Positions 27,677 through 36,788 of a stretch of 64,000 nt of DNA are shown here, in pieces (positions within the stretch are counted from its first letter, which is position 1; each line of letters opens with the position of its first letter). This stretch comes from an uncultured virus (IMG/VR IMGVR_UViG_3300021400_004107) (taxonomy: Duplodnaviria; Heunggongvirae; Uroviricota; Caudoviricetes). The stretch is taken from IMG/VR virus record IMGVR_UViG_3300021400_004107; one strand, 5' to 3'. Under the pieces are notes generated by a model, which saw only the letters and a program-made list of their open reading frames with translations, did no database searches and was not told the origin of the DNA. A program made the translations under genes and the position numbers.

Positions 27677-28402
27677 ATGCAGAAGTTACACGATAATGAA
27701 AATCTCATGTATCAAATTATGACCGCCATCTACAAAAGCAGTGTACCGATAGATTACAAAGGTTCCATGGTGCTTCGAGCTTTTCTAACTAAGAAAGATT
27801 TCGACTATATGAGGCACACCAGAGACATGGATGCGAATTGGCTCTCAGATAAGGCTCCCACATCGGAGCAGATGACTTCATCTATTCAAAGGGCGATGGA
27901 CAGAGCCGGTATTGATGTCACGGTCAAGATATACAGAGAGTATGGTGAGGGCAAGTCCGCCGGATTCGAATTCTATACTCCCGGCAGTGACACGGCCGCT
28001 GCCTATATGGATATGGATGTCAACCGCCCGACATATGCATCTTGTGTTTATGAGATGGGCTCATTTGTATTCAGAGGTGCGGTAGTTGAACAGATGCTCG
28101 CGGATAAGATCTGTGCCGTATCCGGGGATATGATCTTCAGAAGGGCAAAGGACGTCTTGGATCTGTATTATCTGTCCAAGGTCTGCGAACTTGACTACAG
28201 TAAGGTCTGGGAAGCTCTTTCTGCTATGAAGAAGTCTCCCGAATCTTTTTGCGGCTTCTTGAATCGCAAAGAAGATCTTCGTCACGCTTACGATAAGTTC
28301 AGAGTGGACGATGACGTAGAAAAGCCTGATTTCGACTCTGTGTATAATGCAGTGCTTGAATACATCGAACCGTTTATTTCGGCAACAGACCCCAGGAGGT
28401 AA
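27677..28402 (+). CDS. AbiEii/AbiGii nucleotidyltransferase toxin (type IV TA)
   Basis: YKGSMVL, TRDMD, LADKI, RAKDVLDLY. Confidence 0.8.
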   Translation: MQKLHDNENLMYQIMTAIYKSSVPIDYKGSMVLRAFLTKKDFDYMRHTRDMDANWLSDKAPTSEQMTSSIQRAMDRAGIDVTVKIYREYGEGKSAGFEFYTPGSDTAAAYMDMDVNRPTYASCVYEMGSFVFRGAVVEQMLADKICAVSGDMIFRRAKDVLDLYYLSKVCELDYSKVWEALSAMKKSPESFCGFLNRKEDLRHAYDKFRVDDDVEKPDFDSVYNAVLEYIEPFISATDPRR

Positions 28403-28407
28403 TCGCC

Positions 28408-28791
28408 ATGGACATTCAAAAGTATGAAGAAGCTTTAAGACAGTTTTGTACCAAGCAGCTCGGAGAGATCCGGGCTGTTTATTATAGTGACGGATTTTCC
28501 AAGTCAGATCCGTACAGCGACGGTCCTGAGAAGATGGACAAGGATGAGCTTCAGAATCTCGGTATGGCCTTTAATCAGTTAGGATCTGTTCTGGAATACG
28601 GCGCCGCTTTGATAGGTGTCCTGGAAGACACAGGTATAGATCTGACTGCAGAGCAGTATATGGAAATGCTTAATAACCAGAACGCTCTTATTGAGCAGGG
28701 TCAGTCAATGGAAGGCTCTGGGCCTTGCACAGATATGTGCAGAGATCATCTCGAGGAGTATCTGGCCGATCATGAATTATTTGGTCGCTAA
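28408..28791 (+). CDS. hypothetical protein
   Basis: SD GGAGGT; ends FGR. Confidence 0.7.
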   Translation: MDIQKYEEALRQFCTKQLGEIRAVYYSDGFSKSDPYSDGPEKMDKDELQNLGMAFNQLGSVLEYGAALIGVLEDTGIDLTAEQYMEMLNNQNALIEQGQSMEGSGPCTDMCRDHLEEYLADHELFGR

Positions 28792-28823
28792 AGATTAGAC
28801 TCTCATACTCAAAAGTTCTTATC

Positions 28824-28882
28824 TGTCACATAAGACGCCGGGAGGTCGTTCTCGGTGTCTTTTTACATTGTCGCTATATTTA
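28824..28882 (+). promoter_or_regulatory. Variant copy of the promoter motif
   Basis: TGTCACATAAG-N40-TATATTTA: one mismatch in the box, spacing +1. Confidence 0.45.
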
Positions 28883-28912
28883 GATTAAAGAACAACTTCA
28901 AGAGGTATCGCC

Positions 28913-29329
28913 ATGCAAGGGAAAGAATTAACAGGTCTTTTCATAGATAATTCCAAGTGTGAAGCTCGCGGCTGCACCATTACGGACACTCTTGATTCGC
29001 TCTATAAGACACTGGACTGTGAGACGATCGACATAGTTACCCGTTACATTAACGGGCAGGCTTTTGACATCGTTATTGATGGCGAGGGCAAATTTATCAA
29101 GGATAATCCTCCGACGATCAGGTGTTTTCATGAAGGAAAGCCTGCCGATGTCATTGTCGGCAAGGTCTTTATCTGCCACGCGAATGAAGAAGGCGAATTA
29201 ACCGATATTACTGAAGACGACATGAAGTCCCTCATGAGTTCGCTAAACGTTGGGCATATGGAAGACGGTAAGAAGATCCTTTTCCTGGATGCGACATATT
29301 ATCCGGAAGATGTCATGAGGAGTTGCTAA
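28913..29329 (+). CDS. DUF3846-like protein
   Basis: LYKTLDCETIDIV...DIVIDGEGK...IVGKVFI. Confidence 0.65.
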   Translation: MQGKELTGLFIDNSKCEARGCTITDTLDSLYKTLDCETIDIVTRYINGQAFDIVIDGEGKFIKDNPPTIRCFHEGKPADVIVGKVFICHANEEGELTDITEDDMKSLMSSLNVGHMEDGKKILFLDATYYPEDVMRSC

Positions 29330-29691
29330 TGAGTAAAGAAGTCGCGGTAGAAGAGTTCTTCGTTTGTACACTGAGGCCTGACTCTTGCAGAGCCGTTCAA
29401 AGGACTACCGGACAGGGTTCCGAGATGATCCACTTGAACAGTCGTGAAGAAGCAAGACAGCTGGCTAAAGATTTGGCCATTAAGTATTGCAGTGAGTCTT
29501 ACAGGCAGCAGGATAACGTCCTGGGTTTTGTGGCCAAGTATACGAGATGTGGTGGCGGTCTTCCATACATCAATGAGGACCTTGGCACTTTCGGTAAGAA
29601 CGGGGAAGAGATATTCAGAACACGGGCCGTAGTAGAAGAGACAAAAGAGCCTGAGCCTGAACAAGGCCAGATGTCATTCTTGGGTATGTAA
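29329..29691 (+). CDS. hypothetical protein
   Basis: TAATG overlap with the upstream stop. Confidence 0.65.
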   Translation: MSKEVAVEEFFVCTLRPDSCRAVQRTTGQGSEMIHLNSREEARQLAKDLAIKYCSESYRQQDNVLGFVAKYTRCGGGLPYINEDLGTFGKNGEEIFRTRAVVEETKEPEPEQGQMSFLGM

Positions 29692-29715
29692 GGATCTTCA
29701 TAAGGAGGTATCAAT

Positions 29716-30000
29716 ATGGCACGCAAAGAGGGTTTGGGAGTTTATGACATCTTTGCCAGACTTCATGACAAGGTCGATAGCGACAAACATCCTATATTGT
29801 CAGCTGTTCTTTATGACGCTTCCTGTAAGCCCGGCACACCCGAGTTTTACGCAGGTCCTTCGAGATGGCCTGAACCTATAAATCGTTCAGACAGTCTCGC
29901 TCCGGAATGGAGCATTGCCCACGACCATAATATGAGAGCAATGATCGAGCACAATCAAAGACAGCGCGAATTGATGGATGAGATCCGCAGCAGGATGTAA
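29716..30000 (+). CDS. hypothetical protein, tandem paralog A
   Basis: MARKEGLG...; strong SD. Confidence 0.7.
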   Translation: MARKEGLGVYDIFARLHDKVDSDKHPILSAVLYDASCKPGTPEFYAGPSRWPEPINRSDSLAPEWSIAHDHNMRAMIEHNQRQRELMDEIRSRM

Positions 30001-30012
30001 GGAGGTATCAGT

Positions 30013-30300
30013 ATGGCACGCAAGTCAGGTTTAGGTTTTTTCGGTGTGGTAAGACAGAGTGCCCGCCGCGATCACCAGGCTTTTAACGCTACTCTCGGAC
30101 AGATCGTTCCTGCGAGAGAGCACCCGCATCTGATGGAACAGGCTGCGGAAGAAAGAGCTGTGAGGCCTGCATCACAGTCTCACAGTTTGCACAGACATAA
30201 CAAGAATCGCGGGCCTCGGCCTTCGGTCAGACCGTATGATCCGAGGACTTCGGCTTCCTTGGGAGAGACAAGATCGGCTGATTTTGGCCGCGGTATGTGA
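30013..30300 (+). CDS. hypothetical protein, tandem paralog B
   Basis: MARKSGLG...; ends GRGM. Confidence 0.7.
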   Translation: MARKSGLGFFGVVRQSARRDHQAFNATLGQIVPAREHPHLMEQAAEERAVRPASQSHSLHRHNKNRGPRPSVRPYDPRTSASLGETRSADFGRGM

Positions 30301-30309
30301 GGTGATATT

Positions 30310-30894
30310 ATGGCACTTGTTAATGAAGGTCAGATCAGAGGTGAACTTGCCCGTAAGAACGGTCTGAAAGCTGAGGACATCAAAGCGTGGAGCGAACATA
30401 TGGCGATATCGTCATCAGGTGCCTCGCTCTCTAATCTTATAGATTCATCGAGGCAGCCCTTATCCGGACAGAGACTCAAGGCACTGGACGACTGGGCTGC
30501 TTTGGCTGAGCTTGCCTGTGCCACGGGCTTACTCCCTAAGGGCAAGATAATCGCTTTGAAGGATGTACAGGTTCTGATTACCTATAATCCTTTGATCGTG
30601 GAACCTTATGTAAGTACGATGCGGTTCATGTCTCCGGAATTCGATGTGGAGATAAGAAGAGACGCTAGAAGAGAAGCTACGACTTGGAAAGCTTATAGCG
30701 GTGCAAACAATCTGAAAGACCCTAAACAGGACAGTGCCAAAGCTTTCAAGAATTTCGATAGCAGGTTCGACCAGATCAAATACGACTATGATCAGTTGCT
30801 CAGAAGAGCAATGCGTACTCGAGAAGAAGAGCTGATCAGACTGAACGAGATTGCAGAGCGTTACGGCAAATATCCGCCGACGCGGAGTATCTAA
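30310..30894 (+). CDS. hypothetical protein
   Basis: SD GAGGTGA. Confidence 0.7.
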   Translation: MALVNEGQIRGELARKNGLKAEDIKAWSEHMAISSSGASLSNLIDSSRQPLSGQRLKALDDWAALAELACATGLLPKGKIIALKDVQVLITYNPLIVEPYVSTMRFMSPEFDVEIRRDARREATTWKAYSGANNLKDPKQDSAKAFKNFDSRFDQIKYDYDQLLRRAMRTREEELIRLNEIAERYGKYPPTRSI

Positions 30895-30922
30895 ACTAAC
30901 ACTTTTATCAGGAGGAAACGAG

Positions 30923-31831
30923 ATGAAGAGTATTACAGAGTTTCAGAAGGATTTGCTGAGAGATTTCCCTAATTATCTCCCGGAACGTATGGTGGGCAGC
31001 GAGATCACTACACAGACGATCTCCAAGAACGGTAAAGACATGACAGGTATTGTCGTTAAGATGGGCCAGGTAAGCCCAGTGCTGTATGTTGAGAAGCTGT
31101 ACGATCAGTATAGCAACGGACAGTCTTACGAAGAGGTTCTTGAAGGTATTACAAGAACACTTGAGAATGTGGTTCCGCCTTCAGTAGACAGCGTAGTAAT
31201 CAAGCTCAAGAATTGGGAAGAGAATGCACAATTGCTGGCTGTTCCCGCTGATCATCCTAAGGCCAAGAAATTCAAAGCCGCCCAGATTATCGGCGACATT
31301 GCAGCCGTTCCTTGTTGCGTGGTATCTTCCGATTCCGAAGGTTTCGGTCTTGTGACGTACGATGATCTTCTTTGCAACCAGTTCGACATAGACGAACAGG
31401 CGTTGATCGAAGGCGCCAAGGCTAACATGGCCAAGGATGTCAGCCTGAAGACTCTCAGAGACATGGTAGCAGGTATGATGCCGCCGGAAATGGAAGGATT
31501 CCTTCCGCCTCCGACAGAAATGGAGCTTAACACTTTTGTTCTCACTAACACCAGAGGACAGCAGGGTGCCGCTGCCATATTCTCCCAGGAGATAATGGAT
31601 AAGATCTGTGCAGAACACTCCGCACTCAAAGACGGTTGTGTGATACTTCCAAGTTCCATTCATGAGGTCATCTTGATGCCGATGAGCGTCGCCGATCCGG
31701 CCGAGTTGGCTACTATGGTTCAGAATATTAACGGAGACGTTGTGTCTGCAGAAGAACAGCTCTCTGATAATATATATGCCTACTATCCCGGAATCGGGCT
31801 CGAACCTATAGATGTTGGCAGGTCTCGTTAA
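30923..31831 (+). CDS. DUF5688 family protein
   Basis: KNG...SPVLY, LTN...GAAAI, ILPSSIHEVIL, EEQLSDNIYAY; ends GRSR. Confidence 0.75.
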   Translation: MKSITEFQKDLLRDFPNYLPERMVGSEITTQTISKNGKDMTGIVVKMGQVSPVLYVEKLYDQYSNGQSYEEVLEGITRTLENVVPPSVDSVVIKLKNWEENAQLLAVPADHPKAKKFKAAQIIGDIAAVPCCVVSSDSEGFGLVTYDDLLCNQFDIDEQALIEGAKANMAKDVSLKTLRDMVAGMMPPEMEGFLPPPTEMELNTFVLTNTRGQQGAAAIFSQEIMDKICAEHSALKDGCVILPSSIHEVILMPMSVADPAELATMVQNINGDVVSAEEQLSDNIYAYYPGIGLEPIDVGRSR

Positions 31832-31857
31832 TTTTTAAGAAAGAGAGGTGAGTGGCT

Positions 31858-31932
31858 ATGCCTACGATCTATGTAGAGATCTACTTCGGCTCTGACGACA
31901 GCTACGAAAGACTCAAAGCGTATCTGAAGTAA
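31858..31932 (+). CDS. 24-aa small protein MPTIYVEIYFGSDDSYERLKAYLK
   Basis: Strong SD GAGGTGA; followed by a terminator. Confidence 0.5.
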   Translation: MPTIYVEIYFGSDDSYERLKAYLK

Positions 31933-31937
31933 GCCGC

Positions 31938-31980
31938 ACCCCGGGGGAGCCCATCCTTCTCCGGGGTTCTTTTTCTTTAT
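31938..31980 (+). terminator. intrinsic terminator
   Basis: ACCCCGGGGGAG/TTCTCCGGGGT stem plus T-tract. Confidence 0.65.
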
Positions 31981-32004
31981 TTTCATTCAGAAAGGACGAT
32001 CGAT

Positions 32005-32517
32005 ATGTCTGACATTATTGTAGAGGTTAACGCGGAAAATAATGCTCTTACTCTCATCAAGGGTGATGCCCGCATCCATCTGGAATTAGACGAATTAAAT
32101 GAAGTCCGCAGGAAGATAAACTTCATGGACTATCGTGAAGATGTCTTCATGATCCTGACAGAAGAGGATCGTATTGAGGATTTTTTTGACCCGGATGTCT
32201 TTGACACCAAACGTATCATGTCTGAAGTGCTTTCTGGCGAGAACGATGAAGCAGTATTAAACATCTTAAGCTACTACGGAGATCTCCGTGAAGAGCACGG
32301 CACGGGAAACCCGGATCAGATGCTGGACTGGGTCGATTGTATGAACATGGCAGTAGAACAGAGCATCGGAGACGGCGATTTTAATTCCTATCTGAAGCCA
32401 GGAAAGTCCTTGGCAGATAAGAGAGATGGTGACGTGCCGGACTACTTAGAGCAGCAGGACTTCGCTCACGATGACGACTTTTCTAACCTCGATGGCGATA
32501 TGGGTACGGGCTTATGA
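32005..32517 (+). CDS. acidic hypothetical protein
   Basis: SD AAAGGA; 170 aa. Confidence 0.7.
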   Translation: MSDIIVEVNAENNALTLIKGDARIHLELDELNEVRRKINFMDYREDVFMILTEEDRIEDFFDPDVFDTKRIMSEVLSGENDEAVLNILSYYGDLREEHGTGNPDQMLDWVDCMNMAVEQSIGDGDFNSYLKPGKSLADKRDGDVPDYLEQQDFAHDDDFSNLDGDMGTGL

Positions 32518-32975
32518 CTATAGACGAATTACAGAGACTCAAGTCTCAGGCAAATATACTGGTCGGAAGGCAGGAGAACATAACTGCAGCTGACAAGGAA
32601 TCTTACAGATCCAAGTGGCGTGCGGTGGCTCCGAGACTACTTGCTATATGCAACTGTATGTTGCCGAGAGCGATCGTCAAGGTGAAGTTCAGTGGTCTTG
32701 AATGTAAGATAACAGGCACTCCGGATGGCGGCTTCGGCATGAACCTGGACGCAGGCCAGACTTTGATCATGCTGGGGGATCAGATCCAGTACGTTGAGAA
32801 AAGCCATGCTTTGACCTGCATCGTGTATTCTAAGACACAAGGAATATGTGACCCTATGCCCATCATTGAGCGCGGATCTCCGATGATGAGGTACCTGCTC
32901 AACAATTGGACAGAGTTGGAGCCTAAGTTTATCGACGGAGTGGCAGACAATCTCAAAACCTGGGCGAAGGGTTGA
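32514..32975 (+). CDS. hypothetical protein
   Basis: ATGA overlap. Confidence 0.7.
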   Translation: MTIDELQRLKSQANILVGRQENITAADKESYRSKWRAVAPRLLAICNCMLPRAIVKVKFSGLECKITGTPDGGFGMNLDAGQTLIMLGDQIQYVEKSHALTCIVYSKTQGICDPMPIIERGSPMMRYLLNNWTELEPKFIDGVADNLKTWAKG

Positions 32976-32990
32976 TTTATAGGCAATAAA

Positions 32991-33031
32991 GACGGCAGTT
33001 TTCTTCTTCGGAGGGAGGCTGCCGTCCTTTT
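32991..33031 (+). terminator. terminator hairpin, repeat copy 1
   Basis: GACGGCAGTTTTCTTCTTCGGAGGGAGGCTGCCGTC plus Ts. Confidence 0.7.
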
Positions 33032-33077
33032 ATTCGTTTTAGTGCTATACTGAATAATAACAGGAGGGCTTATCGCT

Positions 33078-34178
33078 ATGTCGGACGTAAGAAATCTTTC
33101 CGGTGACGTACTATTGCGTGATACTATCGTTGCGTCGTTTGAAGACGGGCAATGCGTTTTCATCGACCATGATAAAGCACCTTTTTTGCTTCGCCGTACC
33201 AAAGACCTTACAGGCTGGTTGGAGTCGCGGTTGATGGATGACTCCAGAGTCAATTCACGCATGCTGAAAAAGGTACTTGGTTTGTCGTCAATGGCAGGTA
33301 TCGAGGCAGTTTTATTCGTAAGAGGAGCCAGTGTCACAGACCGTTACTGGTTCCGCGACAGTCGGAATAGCGAGTTAACATACGAAGACATCGAGATAAG
33401 AAAAGATACTTTCTTCAATGTCGCTTTAAGGGGTGATCCGAATGGTTTTGCTCTGTCTCCGGAGCCTACGGGAGAGCTTACAACCGCAGGCAGCTTTGAG
33501 AAAGGCTGGCACTTAGAAGATGGCCATTGGTACCTCTATAAGCAAGGTAGTCCGGAAGAACTATTCTCAGAAAAATTCATTTCTGAAGTGGGGGCCCGAC
33601 TGGGTTTTGATATGGCTCGGTATCAGATCGTCGGTAATTATATTAAGACGCCGAGCTTCGCAGAGGATCTTAATTTGGAGCCTATAAGCAGCCTGGTAGA
33701 CGAAGACGAGGATTATACGAGGTGCTACAGAGCTTTAGAGACTCTCGGAAATGATAGTCTGCTGGATGACTATCTGCGGATGCTCTGGATAGATACTTTA
33801 TGCTTCAATATGGACCGGCACACAGGAAACATAGGTATCTTAAGAGATGATGCAGGGCAAGTTATCAAGCTTGCTCCTAACTACGACAACAACATCGCTT
33901 TGATCTCAAGAGGAAAGGTTAACGACCCTAAAGCTGCGCTTAAATTGTTTCACGACTTATATCATAAGTTGATCTGCTCGGACTACAAGATCGCAGAGAG
34001 AATTCTGCGTATAGCACCGTCGCCCCTGGGTCAGGATAAGGTTCTTGAGTGCATAGATGCAGCAGGAGGCGTACCGAGCGGACATCAAGCAAAAGATGTT
34101 CTCAGCATCGTAACTCAAGGTCAGTATTACTTGGACGATCTATACCGCACAGCAGCGAGCGAGCAACTTCGCACTTAA
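33078..34178 (+). CDS. HipA-like kinase
   Basis: TDRYW, GSFEKGW, YLYK, NMDRHTGNIG, LAPNYDN. Confidence 0.8.
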   Translation: MSDVRNLSGDVLLRDTIVASFEDGQCVFIDHDKAPFLLRRTKDLTGWLESRLMDDSRVNSRMLKKVLGLSSMAGIEAVLFVRGASVTDRYWFRDSRNSELTYEDIEIRKDTFFNVALRGDPNGFALSPEPTGELTTAGSFEKGWHLEDGHWYLYKQGSPEELFSEKFISEVGARLGFDMARYQIVGNYIKTPSFAEDLNLEPISSLVDEDEDYTRCYRALETLGNDSLLDDYLRMLWIDTLCFNMDRHTGNIGILRDDAGQVIKLAPNYDNNIALISRGKVNDPKAALKLFHDLYHKLICSDYKIAERILRIAPSPLGQDKVLECIDAAGGVPSGHQAKDVLSIVTQGQYYLDDLYRTAASEQLRT

Positions 34179-34202
34179 AACAATCGAACAGTCACAGAGA
34201 CG

Positions 34203-34257
34203 GGCGGCAGTCTTTCTTCTTCGGAGGGAGGGCTGCCGCCTTTATTTTTTTTTTTTT
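34203..34257 (+). terminator. terminator hairpin, repeat copy 2
   Basis: GGCGGCAGTCTTTCTTCTTCGGAGGGAGGGCTGCCGCC plus long T-tract. Confidence 0.75.
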
Positions 34258-34359
34258 GCGCAAATTTTGGCCAGATCGGTCGCTAACATCAGTCCGGTTT
34301 TTGCTTCTGTTCGGCACTATATAAGTAAGAATTCAAACGTGAAAGAGAGGAACTTGCTT

Positions 34360-34707
34360 ATGATTACCGAGAAGGATAGACAAGATTTGAACAGAGGTCT
34401 CAAGGACATCTTTGCAGCTTTAAGAAACCCTAGAGCGGACCTTTGGCAATGGTCTCCGATGGCAGAAAGGTCCCTTAGCGAAGAGGAGCAGAGAGGCTTC
34501 ACGGAAGGTGCAGGAGAGACCTTGGCTAGGATCGCTAAGCTGGTCATCCACGGTCAAGAAGACTTCGCCATCGAGCTGGTCAGAGCGGAGAGGGGAGTGC
34601 TGAAACTGACCGGTACCGAGCGTCACGGTGAGGATCGGTACGAAGCCGGATACCTGGAGGGATTTGCCTTCGTGTTTAGCACTCTTGCGTCATATATGGG
34701 CGAATAA
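34360..34707 (+). CDS. hypothetical protein
   Basis: SD GAGG before ATG 34360. Confidence 0.6.
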   Translation: MITEKDRQDLNRGLKDIFAALRNPRADLWQWSPMAERSLSEEEQRGFTEGAGETLARIAKLVIHGQEDFAIELVRAERGVLKLTGTERHGEDRYEAGYLEGFAFVFSTLASYMGE

Positions 34708-34962
34708 TGTAGCATGTAGTGCAATAATGTAACAACTAACGCAGAGGGTAGGTCTTATAATGTAACGATATATGCAATACTTGTTAGGGCTAAAATCACT
34801 ACATCTTGAGAAACTTTTTAGCACAAGCCGAAACTTTATATGTCAGCGGCATAATTTTTGATCGACATCCTCATTCTCATCTGAAAATTCTAAGTCGAAA
34901 ATATCGCTGTTTTTGGTCAAAAACGGCATTTTTTCCGACAGCACGGTTAGACAACATGCATA

Positions 34963-35345
34963 ACTGTGCAGTGCGTCTGTAAAGCACCTTGTACAAAAGA
35001 CGTAACGAGATGCGCAATTCTGCACGGTACTGTGCAATACTGTGCAGCAATACTGTGCAGGGTTGGAAACGCCCGTGGTTATTGCGTTTCAAGGCTTCCT
35101 CAAAATTTCTTGCGAAATACTGTGCAGTATACTGTGCAGTGGCTTCTAACCCATTGTTTACAAGGGTTTGTGCTATCGGCTGCACAGTATATCTCCATTT
35201 TTCTCTAAAAACTTTTTCCGGAAGTGTGCAAAGCCTCAGGAAATTTATAGCAAAATACTGTGCATACTGTGCAGTTCCCCCTCCTTATCTTGGGCAAAGC
35301 CCCACGCTGCAAGGGTTTGCGTTGCTGCACAGTATTGCTGCACAG
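34963..35345. repeat. Iteron-like TACTGTGCA cluster, candidate replication origin or centromere
   Basis: Perfect copies at 35028, 35038, 35051, 35118, 35130, 35256, 35265 (+) and 35181, 35326 (-), plus about 3 imperfect copies, in a roughly 870-bp gene-free gap. Confidence 0.75.
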
Positions 35346-35450
35346 ATGTGGTTTCAGCGTTTTTCCTGAAGTTTTTATCTTGAGACGGGTATTCTGTTAG
35401 GTGTTTGAATGAGGCTTTGGGCTATTTTCGGATCCTAAAAGGTTCTTAGC

Positions 35451-35508
35451 TGTCACTTAAGACGATAAGACCTGATGAAAACGGCCTAAATTCAGACCGT
35501 TATAATTA
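35451..35508 (+). promoter_or_regulatory. Element-specific promoter motif copy 3
   Basis: Box 35451-35461, 39 nt, TATAAT 35501-35506. Confidence 0.75.
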
Positions 35509-35582
35509 TGCTATACATTTTTGTGAGGGCGCCTTGACGGGCGCTCTTTTAATTTAAGACGAAAGGAGTTCTTAATAGTTCT

Positions 35583-36386
35583 ATGCTTAAGAAATTCACG
35601 ACTATCTGCATCGCAGCCGCGATGCTTCTCTGCGGGTGTTCGGCTCACGAATACATACCCGGAGTATTAAACGATGAACAGAGGGAATCTGTAGAAGATC
35701 GTATCGGCTCCGTTTACGAAGCCCTTAAGACTGATAACGCTTCACTTGGCGGTGTGACTTCATCTCTTGCTGAGCAGTACGGGGACTCGATCTCTCCCGA
35801 CAACACTTGTCTCATGGGCTTGAGTCATATTGACTTCTCGATGCCAAACTCGTATGCATCTGAGTACGACGAACTGAGAATCGATGCGGATGCAATTAAG
35901 CCATATATATATTCCACATTAGGCGACCTGCAGTGCACATTCTCCGACCCGATTGCAACCGGTGAGAACTCGTGGGCTTTCACCGTCGAAATAACCGGTA
36001 CCGTGAAAGACTACAATGCCGCGTGGATACAGTACAAGTCCGACTCTGCGAGAGTCGTTGCCCTGATCGAGTTGATGAAGTCGGACGGTGCTACAGCATC
36101 TGAGCAGTTCGGAACCGTCTTTACACAGATCCTCGATGGCTGCGAGACGGTCCCTTACAGTGCTACCGCTACGTGCTTGCTTTTATCCGACGGATCGGTT
36201 CAGATACGTTCCCTCAGTGACACGCCTCTTGACGGTGCTTTCTCCTTGTCAATTCAGGAACAGTCTGCTCTGCTCGAAGAATTGGGGGTCTATACTCTCG
36301 ATAACTTATACGAGGCGGATCCCGAAGCTGTGCAGGGCCTTTTCACCGAAGACGAGTGGACACAAATAATGGCAGAACAGGAATGA
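35583..36386 (+). CDS. lipoprotein
   Basis: Signal peptide with lipobox LLCGC. Confidence 0.75.
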   Translation: MLKKFTTICIAAAMLLCGCSAHEYIPGVLNDEQRESVEDRIGSVYEALKTDNASLGGVTSSLAEQYGDSISPDNTCLMGLSHIDFSMPNSYASEYDELRIDADAIKPYIYSTLGDLQCTFSDPIATGENSWAFTVEITGTVKDYNAAWIQYKSDSARVVALIELMKSDGATASEQFGTVFTQILDGCETVPYSATATCLLLSDGSVQIRSLSDTPLDGAFSLSIQEQSALLEELGVYTLDNLYEADPEAVQGLFTEDEWTQIMAEQE

Positions 36387-36399
36387 GTTCGTGTCTATC

Positions 36400-36457
36400 T
36401 GTCACTTAAGTCAATCAGCGAACGGGAAAGCGGCTAAAAATAAAGTCGCTATAATTA
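36400..36457 (+). promoter_or_regulatory. Element-specific promoter motif copy 4
   Basis: Box 36400-36410, 39 nt, TATAAT 36450-36455. Confidence 0.75.
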
Positions 36458-36668
36458 TGCTGACAGACGCCGCAGGGAATTAGTTCCTCGCGGCTTTTTC
36501 ATTGCTTCATAGTGTAGGAAGGTTGGCCTCCGAACACTTAAAAATATACGTCTGTGGAGATCCAACATCGTAGCCCAGGACTTAATCGGTCGGCTTAGTC
36601 GATCAAGTGGCGTAAGTCGGTTCTAAGAGCGATGTGGTCGTTGAAGCAGAAAATACGTGCAACTTGAG

Positions 36669-36771
36669 GGTCAAGACTTGATGTGGTTAACACGGTAGTC
36701 AAACCTAAACGATACTAGTTATCAAAAATGTAAGTGGTCAAGACCTGATGTGTTTAACACGGTAGTCAAAC
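36669..36771. CRISPR. Orphan CRISPR-like mini-array (2 x 36-bp repeats, one 31-bp spacer)
   Basis: GGTCAAGACYTGATGTGKTTAACACGGTAGTCAAAC at 36669 and 36736 (34/36 identical); no cas genes in the window. Confidence 0.55.
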
Positions 36772-36788
36772 CTCAACTTAAACAAACC

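Noticed and set aside
34963..35345. Possible CRISPR array
   Set aside because: Repeats are 9-10 bp, irregularly spaced and in both orientations.
34843..35383. Several Cys/Ala/Gln-rich ORFs on both strands
   Set aside because: They are translations of the TACTGTGCA repeats and have no RBS.
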